The translations under genes were made by a program, and so were the position numbers. Positions 11,597-19,781 of a stretch of DNA of 64,000 nt are shown here, piece by piece. Positions within the stretch are counted from its first letter, which is position 1, and every line of letters starts with the position of its first letter. Below the pieces are notes generated by a model, which saw only the letters and a program-made list of their open reading frames with translations, ran no database searches and was not told where the DNA came from. This stretch comes from Myxococcota bacterium (GTDB lineage: Bacteria > Myxococcota_A > UBA796 > UBA2385), in assembly GCA_044344255.1 (NCBI GenBank), contig JBIJDH010000006.1, positions 224,001 through 288,000 on the forward strand, given 5' to 3'.

Positions 11597-11686
11597 GTCC
11601 ATTTGTTGGACAATTTTCACGGAGTGAAAACTGTTTCTTCCTGAAATCTTGAGCAGTACGAACCATTTGCGGGCGCCCCTCGATAA
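11597..11686 (+). promoter_or_regulatory. AT-richer cas3 upstream region with two inverted repeats and copy 2 of the shared motif
   Basis: gtcca-N5-tggac (11597-11611), ttttcac-gga-gtgaaaa (11614-11630), ctgaaatcttgagcagtac..tgcgggcgcccctcgataa (11641-11686). Confidence 0.55.
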
Positions 11687-11775
11687 CAGTGGTGACCGCG
11701 CCTCCTGGTCGGGGCCTGATCTTCACCGAAGCTGCCTGGCCTCCATCCTTTCTGAGGTACACCTTGGAGAACTCG

Positions 11776-14166
11776 ATGATCTTCGAAGACTGGTTCAAAG
11801 CGGCCACGGGGAGTCCACCCTTCCCCTACCAGGCCGCCTTGGCGACCGGGGCCTCCCTTCCCCACCAGCTCTCGGTGCCCACCGGCCTCGGCAAGACCGC
11901 GGCCGTCGCCCTCGGGTGGCTGTGGCGGCGCCGCTTCGCAGGGGATCCCGCTCTGCGGGCCGCGACGCCCCGTCGCCTCGTCTATTGCCTGCCGGTGCGC
12001 AGCCTTGTCGAGCAGACCGAGCAGGCGCTGCGGGGCTGGCTGCGGAACCTGGGCGTCGAAGACGTCGCGGTGCACGCGCTCATGGGCGGCCGGGTCAGCG
12101 ACCCCTGGGATGAGACCCCCGCGGCGGACGCGGTGCTGATCGGCACACAAGACCAGCTCCTGAGCCGCGCGCTCAACCGCGGCTATGGGATGAGCCGCTT
12201 TCGCTGGCCCGTGCACTTCGCCTGGCTCCACAACGACGCCCTCTGGATCTTCGACGAGGTGCAGCTCATGGGCGTGGGCGCCTCGACCGGGGCCCAGCTT
12301 CAGGGGCTCCGGGACAAGCTCGGCACCGCGCGGCCCACGCACACGATGTGGGTGACCGCGACCCCCGCTCCGGCGCGCCTCGCCACCATCGACGCGGTGT
12401 GGCCCCTGCGGGCGTTGGGGCTCGGCGCGGGTGACCTCGCCCACCCGGTCGCCCTGGACCGCCTCGGGGCCCGGAAGCGCCTCTTGCGGATCGCGGCGGC
12501 GGAGCGGCTCGACCCTGCGCGCTGGCCGGCGCTGATCGCGGAGGCGGTCGTCCAGCACCGCGCGGCGGGAGAGCGCTGCCTCGTCGTGCTCAACCAGGTG
12601 GCCCGGGCCCAGGCGGTCTTCGAGCAGCTCCGCAAGCGGGGCGTGGAGGCCCGGCTCCTTCATTCTCGCTTCCGGGCCGGAGATCGGGCCCGCAGCCAGG
12701 CGGCGGCGCTCGATCCAGCCTACCGGGGGGTGATCGTCACCACCCAGGCGATTGAGGCCGGCGTCGACCTGTCTGCCGCGACCCTCCTCACCGAGGCCTG
12801 CCCCTGGTCCTCCTTCGTCCAGCGGGTCGGGCGCTGCAACCGGTATGGCGAGCACCCGCAGGCCACCGTGGTCTGGCTCGGCCTCCCCGCCGACGACAAG
12901 GTGTGCGCGCCCTACACGGCCGAGGAGCTCGCGCTGGCGGAGGTGAAGCTGGAGGGCTTGGAGGATGTCGGGCCCTCCTCCCTCGCCCATGTGCCGATGC
13001 CGGACGGCGAGCCCGCGCTGCCGGTGCTGCGACGGAGAGACCTGCTCGGCCTCTTTGACACCGAGGCCGACCTGTCGGGCCTCGATCTCGATGTCTCCGC
13101 CTATGTGAGAGACACGGAGGACGCCGACGTCTCCGTGGCCTGGCGGGCCTTCGACCCCGAGCGGGGGCCGAGCCCGGATGACCCCGCGCCCCACCAGGAT
13201 GAGCTCTGTCGGGTGCGCCTGAGCCGCTTGCGCGAGCTGCTGAAGCGGGCCACGGCCTGGCGCTGGAGCAGCCTCGAGGGCGAGTGGCTGGCGGCCGACA
13301 GCTTCCGGATCGCCCCCGGTCAGACGCTGCTCCTCTCCTGCGCCGCGGGCGGCTACGACGCGGCGCTCGGCTTCACGGGTGAGGCCGCCCACACGCCCGC
13401 GCCGGTCGATCGGCCCGGCCGAGCGATGGACCACGACGAGGCGGACGGGGCCGATCCCCTCAGCCACCTCGGGGCCTATGTGAGCCTCCGCGTCCACAGC
13501 GAGGACACCGCGGCGGCGATGGTGCGGCTCTCGGCTGCCCTCTCCGATTCAGCCACCACGCCCTGGGCCGAGCTCTGTCGCGCCGCGCGGTGGCATGACC
13601 TCGGCAAGGCCCACCCCGTCTTTCAGGAGATGCTGACCGCCGGGCTGCCCGAGGCCGACGCGCGGCGCGCGGAGGGGCCCTGGGCGAAGTCCGACGGGGT
13701 GAGCGGCGGGCGCAGCCGGCGCCCCCACTTCCGCCATGAGCTGGCCAGCGCCATCGCCTTCCTCGCGCAGGGGGCGACAGACCTCGAGGCCTACGTGGTC
13801 GCGGCCCACCACGGCAAGGCGCGCCTGACCATCCGCAGCCGGCCTACCGAGCGCCCGGTCGCGCGGCGCGGCAAGCCCCTGCTCGGCCTCCTCGACGGGG
13901 ACACCCTCCCCACCGTTGACCTCGGCGGCGGCGAGGTCAGCGCCGCGACCACGCTCAGCCTCGACCGCTTCGCGCTCGGCGGGGGGGCGGCGGCCCGGAG
14001 CTGGATGTCCCTCGGGCAGGGCCTGCTCGCCGCGCAGGGGCCCTTTCGCCTCGCCTGGGCGGAGGCCCTGCTGCGGGTCGCCGACTGGGAGGCCAGCCGC
14101 CTCCGAATGACCGGTGCGCTGGGGCCCACAGGGTCCGACCTCGATCGGGTTGGAGGTGCCAATTGA
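11776..14166 (+). CDS. cas3: Type I-G (I-U) Cas3 helicase-nuclease with C-terminal HD domain
   Basis: PFPYQ, PTGLGKT, DEVQ, TATP, LLHSRFR, TTQAIEAGVD, QRVGRCNR; C-terminal WHDLGKAHPVFQ..RHELAS..AAHHGK..RVADWEAS; ATG 11776 after GGAGA. Confidence 0.95.
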   Translation: MIFEDWFKAATGSPPFPYQAALATGASLPHQLSVPTGLGKTAAVALGWLWRRRFAGDPALRAATPRRLVYCLPVRSLVEQTEQALRGWLRNLGVEDVAVHALMGGRVSDPWDETPAADAVLIGTQDQLLSRALNRGYGMSRFRWPVHFAWLHNDALWIFDEVQLMGVGASTGAQLQGLRDKLGTARPTHTMWVTATPAPARLATIDAVWPLRALGLGAGDLAHPVALDRLGARKRLLRIAAAERLDPARWPALIAEAVVQHRAAGERCLVVLNQVARAQAVFEQLRKRGVEARLLHSRFRAGDRARSQAAALDPAYRGVIVTTQAIEAGVDLSAATLLTEACPWSSFVQRVGRCNRYGEHPQATVVWLGLPADDKVCAPYTAEELALAEVKLEGLEDVGPSSLAHVPMPDGEPALPVLRRRDLLGLFDTEADLSGLDLDVSAYVRDTEDADVSVAWRAFDPERGPSPDDPAPHQDELCRVRLSRLRELLKRATAWRWSSLEGEWLAADSFRIAPGQTLLLSCAAGGYDAALGFTGEAAHTPAPVDRPGRAMDHDEADGADPLSHLGAYVSLRVHSEDTAAAMVRLSAALSDSATTPWAELCRAARWHDLGKAHPVFQEMLTAGLPEADARRAEGPWAKSDGVSGGRSRRPHFRHELASAIAFLAQGATDLEAYVVAAHHGKARLTIRSRPTERPVARRGKPLLGLLDGDTLPTVDLGGGEVSAATTLSLDRFALGGGAAARSWMSLGQGLLAAQGPFRLAWAEALLRVADWEASRLRMTGALGPTGSDLDRVGGAN

Positions 14167-15302
14167 GCCTCGTCGTCCTGAGCGGCTGCCGCCCTGAGCC
14201 CCTCGCGGGCTACCTGAAGGCCCTGGGCGCCCTGCGCCTCGTCTCCGAGCAGGTCGATCCCGCCGCCCGCGGCGCCTGGGTGGGCGGGGTCTTCCACCTG
14301 GAGTCCACCCTCACCGAGGCGGGGCTGGTCGACTTCTTCGCCCGGCGCTACGCGCCCACCCCCGTGATCACGCCCTGGAACGGCGGATCGGGCTTCTGGC
14401 CGGGTGACAACCAGTCTGGGATCTCGCCGATCCGCGTGTCGGACAGCCCTCGTTTTGAGGCCTATCGGTCCGCGATCACCGTCGCGGAGGCCCACATCCG
14501 CCGCTCCGGCCTCGAGGAGCGCCCGGACAGCAAGCAGAAGACGGCCTTCGTGAGCCGCCTCCGGGCGACCCTGTCCGACGCCGTGCTCGCCTGGCTCGAC
14601 GCCGCCCTTGTCTTCAGCCGGGAGACGCTCGTCTTTCCGCCGCTGCTCGGCACCGGCGGGAATGACGGGCGGCTCGACTTCGCCAATAACTTCATGCAGC
14701 GGTTGTCCGAGGAGCTCCTCGCCCCCAATGCTACGCCAGAGGCTGCTCTCCGCGGCGCGCTCTTCGGCGGTCCGACGATGGGCCTCGGGGATGCGGCGAT
14801 TGGGCAGTTTTTTCCCTCTGCGGCTGGTGGTGCAAACTGCGGGCCTGGTTTCGAAGGGTCCGTCGGCACCAACCCCTGGGATTTCATCCTCCTTGTGGAA
14901 GGAGCCGTGTGCTTCGCAGCTGCGGTCGCTCGGAAGTGGGAGAGTGGATCACACTCGGCAATGGTGTTTCCCTTCTCGGTTCGGTCGACCGCTGCAGGAT
15001 TTGGCTCTGCCGCGGCTGGCGAGACCAAGTCGAAGGATGAGCTTTGGCTGCCGATTTGGTCGGCGCCTTCGACCTGGATGGAAGTGGCAACCGTCATTCG
15101 GGAGGGCAGGAGTCGTGTGGGGCGCCGACCGAGTGTTACCGGAGCTGACTTCGCGCGGTCTCTGGCTTCGCTGGGAGTGGACCGTGGAATCGCTTCTTTC
15201 TCTCGTTTCGCGTTTCACAAGAGAAATGGCGAGTCTTACCAAGCGGTTCCCCCCCACGGGATCCGGAACCGTTACATCAGCCGGGAACGGGCGTTATTTT
15301 AA
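14163..15302 (+). pseudogene. csx17: Type I-G large subunit Csx17/Cas8g, C-terminally truncated by IS at 15254
   Basis: GCRPEPLAGYLKALG, PTPVITPWNGGSGF, LLGTGGNDGRLDF, NPWDFILLVEG, ELWLPIW, RNGESYQAVP; last about 16 codons are read-through into the IS; family members are normally about twice this length. Confidence 0.88.
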
Positions 15303-17963
15303 CTTATCGACGAACTTGGGGCTGGTATCCTGGTCTTCGGCCCTCAGGAACGACAGCAGACCCTATCCGGCGATGGTCGGGCGGGACTATGCCTATTCGT
15401 GTGGCACTAGTTCTATAGGACAATCCTTTCGGAGATGAGCCGCAGACACACTTCTCCGAGGCCGGGCAGTTCCAGCCTGTTGAGAGACCCCGTCGACTCA
15501 GTTGCGAGGGACGGGTGGCGGACCGAAGGTGAAGCCCTGCCGTGGTCCCCCCAGCGTCGGCAGTCGGCTCCCCTTTCTCGCGGTCAGACAGACCGTGGCA
15601 TCGGGAGGGAGGGCGTAGCGTTCCAGCTTCTGACGGCGAGTCAGGCGTGCGTGGCGGCGCTCCTCATTGGTCGCGACATGGAGCGGGTGCCGCTTCTTCT
15701 CCTCCGTCGTGGTGACCGTGATCTCCACGTATATGTTCGCGGTGGTTCGACGCCAGACCTTTCGCGCTCGGGCGAGGTTATAGAACGGCCCAGAGGCCGC
15801 GTGTGGCCCTCCGTGGATCGTGTCGTCTGGGAGGGTGACCGGCATGACTCGGCGAGTCGGACGTCTCCTGGAGCGCTTCACCGGCGGATTCGCTCTCTTC
15901 CTCTCTTCGGCCCGTTCCTTGGTCCTCTCTGTGGCGCGTTCGGAGTGGACTGCGCGGAGGAGCGGCTCTAACGCCTGCGCATCCTCGGTGGGCACAGAGA
16001 TGGACTTCAGCTTGATCTGTTCCTCGTTTTCGGAGTCCAGACAGGTAGCTCGGACCGGACAGGTGGAGCAGGTGTTGGGCAGGGCGCGGAAGAGGATGTT
16101 GGCGTGCGGGCCGACTCGTATCGTGCTCGGGACCAGTCGCTGTCCGTTCGGGCATCGGAGGGCGCACTCTTCGGCCTGGAAGCTCCAGCCCGGGTGCCGA
16201 GCTTCCCACTTCGCCCATCCGAGCGTGGACAGGCCCTTGGCGAGGGCTCGCTCGGTTTCCGTCTGCGGACGGGGCGGTGCCGTTTGGATCTCTTGCGGCC
16301 TCGGCTCGGCGGCGGTGGTCTGTGGCGCATCGGGAGGGTGACCCTTCGGTTCGGACTCCGACGAGGGGAGAGGCTCCCAGCTCACGGGGCGCGGGTCCAC
16401 CTCGACCACTCGCGCGATGAAGGCGGTCATGTCCTTGTCCTTTGTGTGGAGGCGGACGCCCGCGGCGACTTGGTAGTTCCATACGAACAGGCCGGCGACC
16501 GAGGCGAGCTCCTGGCCGCCGTTCTGGTAGCTGAAGATCTGGTCGAGGCCGAGCTCGCGATCCTCCTGTGCGAATCGATTCTCGATGGTGCAACGCCCGA
16601 AGTAGAGCTGAACCAACTCGGGCGCGGGCCAAGCGGCCGGCTCGAGCCCGATGGAGACGAACAGCTCGTACTTCCAGCCGTTGATCAGGCGCCCGTGGTC
16701 GGCCTTGTCGGACTTCTTGCCCTTGCTGTCTTCCGCTCTCCAGGGGACGCGGGTGACCACCACGCGAGCCGTCACGGACGGGTAGGGCGAGCCATCGGCC
16801 CGCGACGATCCGTCGGCTGGGTGCAGCGTGATTATGCCGAGGTCGAGGGCCGACCGCTTCGGTCCGGAGCGACAGTCGGGGACGAACCGCCATTGTCCGT
16901 GAGTCATCCGCTCCCGAATGTCGGGCTGTTCGAGGAGCGTGTATCGGGACAGCCTGCTCACGCAGGGGACCCCAGCCTGCTGACAGGCGAACAGATCGGG
17001 TACGTTGCCGTACTCGCCGTCCATGCGCATGACGACGCGGTTCTTGGGGTGGTGGAGCTCCGTACACAGGAGCTCGACGGCCTGAAGTGCAGATGCGAGC
17101 TCCGCGGCCTTGTCGCCATTGCCGGGCGCGACGCGGGCGTCGAGCCAGACCCCGGCGTCGTGCTCCAGCGCCGAGCGGTGCACGACGATGTCACCGCGCT
17201 TTTGCCCGAGGTACCCTGGCTTGCCGAGCTCGAGGGCGCGCCGCCGAATGGGGTCGAGGTCCTCGCCCTCCTCCGGCGCGCGCTGCCGCAGCGCGGTGCG
17301 GGTCCCGTCGAAGCTGAGCGCGTGCCACGCTTCTCCCTGGGTATCCCGAAGCTGCGCCCACGGATGGCGCAAGACCTCGATGGCTCCACTGTGGACGAGG
17401 AGCAGGCGGTGGCAGGAGGCGCGAACCAGCTCGGGTGTCACGAGATCAAGCACCCTGGACAGAGGGGAGGTGCTCATCAGGCGCTTCCGGCCGGCCAGGG
17501 CGCCCAGCGCACGCCGAGCCTTGGACTCGCAGACCGCCTGGTAGACGTCCTTCAGACTGACGACGCCGTAGAGGAACCGCACCAGCAGAAAGATGAAGGC
17601 GTCTACCCCGTCGAATCCGCCCTGACGGACCACATGGAGCTCGACCGCCAGCACCGCGAACAGCCCTCGCTGCCGAAGGTCGGCGAGCACGCTCGCCGCG
17701 CCGGTGAGCTGGGGATGGAGCTCCGCCCGCTCCGTGCGCTTACCCTGGACATCAACCGCCGCTTCTGCCATGGTGGACCTCGCCGCTGTCGTCCCCTCCA
17801 TCGGTCGGTTTCTTTCATTTGGGGCCGAACGATGGGAGCCCAGGCCGACCTCGCCCGCCGAGGCCGCTCCCGGGACGACATCGGTCTACCATGCGAGCAA
17901 AGTGGGTCGCGCCGCGCGAAAGAATAGGGTAGAGGCGGGTATTGTTGGATCCGGATTCCGTGG
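15254..17963 (-). mobile_element. About 2.7-kb insertion sequence with 17-bp imperfect terminal inverted repeats, no target-site duplication
   Basis: Left ccacgggatccggaacc (15254-15270) versus reverse complement of right end ccacggaatccggatcc (17947-17963), 15/17 match; encloses one DDE transposase. Confidence 0.85.
15498..17801 (-). CDS. Large DDE transposase (767 aa; IS4-superfamily/IS1380-like, family uncertain)
   Basis: SFDGTR, VMRMDGEYG, LYFGRCTIENRF as candidate D-D-E triad; C-terminal CPNG..CSTCPVRATC and Arg-rich tail; start codon uncertain. Confidence 0.82.
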   Translation of the reverse strand: MEGTTAARSTMAEAAVDVQGKRTERAELHPQLTGAASVLADLRQRGLFAVLAVELHVVRQGGFDGVDAFIFLLVRFLYGVVSLKDVYQAVCESKARRALGALAGRKRLMSTSPLSRVLDLVTPELVRASCHRLLLVHSGAIEVLRHPWAQLRDTQGEAWHALSFDGTRTALRQRAPEEGEDLDPIRRRALELGKPGYLGQKRGDIVVHRSALEHDAGVWLDARVAPGNGDKAAELASALQAVELLCTELHHPKNRVVMRMDGEYGNVPDLFACQQAGVPCVSRLSRYTLLEQPDIRERMTHGQWRFVPDCRSGPKRSALDLGIITLHPADGSSRADGSPYPSVTARVVVTRVPWRAEDSKGKKSDKADHGRLINGWKYELFVSIGLEPAAWPAPELVQLYFGRCTIENRFAQEDRELGLDQIFSYQNGGQELASVAGLFVWNYQVAAGVRLHTKDKDMTAFIARVVEVDPRPVSWEPLPSSESEPKGHPPDAPQTTAAEPRPQEIQTAPPRPQTETERALAKGLSTLGWAKWEARHPGWSFQAEECALRCPNGQRLVPSTIRVGPHANILFRALPNTCSTCPVRATCLDSENEEQIKLKSISVPTEDAQALEPLLRAVHSERATERTKERAEERKRANPPVKRSRRRPTRRVMPVTLPDDTIHGGPHAASGPFYNLARARKVWRRTTANIYVEITVTTTEEKKRHPLHVATNEERRHARLTRRQKLERYALPPDATVCLTARKGSRLPTLGGPRQGFTFGPPPVPRN

Positions 17964-19539
17964 TATTCCCGGCGGTAGACGCCGGGCCCCATTGAAGCAC
18001 GGGCAGGTCACAGGTCTTAGCCGCGCGCTTCACTGCCCATTCCCGGCGGTAGACGCCGGGCCCCATTGAAGCGCCGTCGCTTCGTTCACCAGTCACCCCC
18101 AGCACCTACCATTCCCGGCGGTAGACGCCGGGCCCCATTGAAGCCCGGCCCGGGCCCGGTCTGCCCACTTGCCGGCCCTGCGCCCATTCCCGGCGGTAGA
18201 CGCCGGGCCCCATTGAAGCAACCACTTATCATTAAAATAAAAAAAAGTATTCACCATTCCCGGCGGTAGACGCCGGGCCCCATTGAAGCCGGTTCAGGGG
18301 ACCGACGTTCACGATCTCGATCCCGATCCATTCCCGGCGGTAGACGCCGGGCCCCATTGAAGCGACGTTGGAGCGGGGCCCCGATCGTCGTAGCGCTCTG
18401 ACCATTCCCGGCGGTAGACGCCGGGCCCCATTGAAGCGTCCGGTCGTAGAAGCGCCAGACGGTGACCCAGCGGTCCCCATTCCCGGCGGTAGACGCCGGG
18501 CCCCATTGAAGCAGGCCCTTCTTCTGGTCGGACCATACGGCCCGCGCCAGCCCATTCCCGGCGGTAGACGCCGGGCCCCATTGATGCCTCACGACATGTT
18601 TGTGGGTAAGCTTCGGCCTGGCGACCCATTCCCGGCGGTAGACGCCGGGCCCCATTGAAGCGGGATGACGATTACCGTCTTCTGCATTTTCTAAATGCCC
18701 ATTCCCGGCGGTAGACGCCGGGCCCCATTGAAGCGGAAAGAAAGTTTCAGAAATAGCTAGAACATTAGGAACCCATTCCCGGCGGTAGACGCCGGGCCCC
18801 ATTGAAGCGCGGCGATGCGGTCGACCAGGAGCGACTCCACCTGGGCCCATTCCCGGCGGTAGACGCCGGGCCCCATTGAAGCGCCGGGCAGGTCTTGACC
18901 ATCACTGGGCTCGGCGAGCCCATTCCCGGCGGTAGACGCCGGGCCCCATTGAAGCATCGCATCGAACAGCCCCTTGACCGCCTTCTCCGCGTGCCCAATT
19001 CCCGGCGGTAGACGCCGGGCCCCATTGAAGCAAGGGGCAACGGAAGGTGCGCCCTGAGAATCTCGCGGCTCCCATTCCCGGCGGTAGACGCCGGGCCCCA
19101 TTGAAGCTATCGCTCTATCACTCTATCGCTTGCGGCCCCCCATTCCCGGCGGTAGACGCCGGGCCCCATTGAAGCTGCGGGGCCCTCGCCGGGCTTCTCA
19201 TCCGGTACGGGCTCCCCATTTTCGGCGGTAGACGCCGGGCCCCATTGAAGCAAGGCCCGCGCCGCTCGGATGTCGGTGAATCGCCCGACCCATTCCCGGC
19301 GGTAGACGCCGGGCCCCATTGAAGCCGGGGGCCGCCCTTCCCTCCGGGGACGGTCCAGTGGTGCTCATTCCCGGCGGTAGACGCCGGGCCCCATTGAAGC
19401 TCCCGGATCATCAACCCCTTCGGCAGCTCGCCGACGGTGCCCATTCCCGGCGGTAGACGCCGTGCCCCATTGAAGCGTGAGATCCTCCGGAGACAGCGCC
19501 GCGATCATGCGGCACCCCATTCCCGGCGGTAGACGCCGG
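17963..19539 (+). CRISPR. CRISPR array: 21 full 36-bp repeats plus 1 truncated repeat, 21 spacers (32-40 nt)
   Basis: Consensus CCATTCCCGGCGGTAGACGCCGGGCCCCATTGAAGC with 7-bp stem CCCGGCG/CGCCGGG; 3' ATTGAAGC fits type I-G and + orientation; variant repeats mostly toward the right end. Confidence 0.99.
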
Positions 19540-19550
19540 AGGGTTATCGG

Positions 19551-19703
19551 ATGAAGGTTCATTCAGATATTGATAGACCCTCTCGATGGGGTATCGGTAC
19601 TGATCGAAATATTCGTATCAAGGAAACAGGTTGGACAACAGAAGACCGCTTGATTCTTGCGGTCAATCTGCGACGATTTCAGAGTCGAATTGACAGCCTG
19701 TGA
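19551..19703 (+). CDS. Possible small low-GC protein (50 aa)
   Basis: ATG 8 nt after GGAGG (19538-19542); MKVHSDIDRPSRWGIGTDRNIRIKETGWTTEDRLILAVNLRRFQSRIDSL; no recognised family. Confidence 0.25.
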   Translation: MKVHSDIDRPSRWGIGTDRNIRIKETGWTTEDRLILAVNLRRFQSRIDSL

Positions 19704-19781
19704 CGAGGATCAGCCCGCCAGAGAGGCGTGTCTGAGCCTCCCGACCCTGTCGTCGAGGTCCCGGAGTCCCCCTTGTAGCGG

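Noticed and set aside
17999..19516. Self-targeting spacers within the window
   Set aside because: None noticed by eye; a proper alignment is needed to exclude them
17815..19562. ORFs with repeated MGPGVYRRE / LQWGPASTAGN / FNGARRLPPG peptides
   Set aside because: Translations of CRISPR repeats
19597..19605. gtactgatc, reverse complement of gatcagtac in the WYL upstream motif
   Set aside because: Only 9 bp and the rest of the motif is absent; compatible with chance
19540..19700. AT-rich stretch as the CRISPR leader (array on minus strand)
   Set aside because: The adjacent repeat is truncated, variant repeats cluster at this end, and ATTGAAGC is the usual 3' end; not fully excluded
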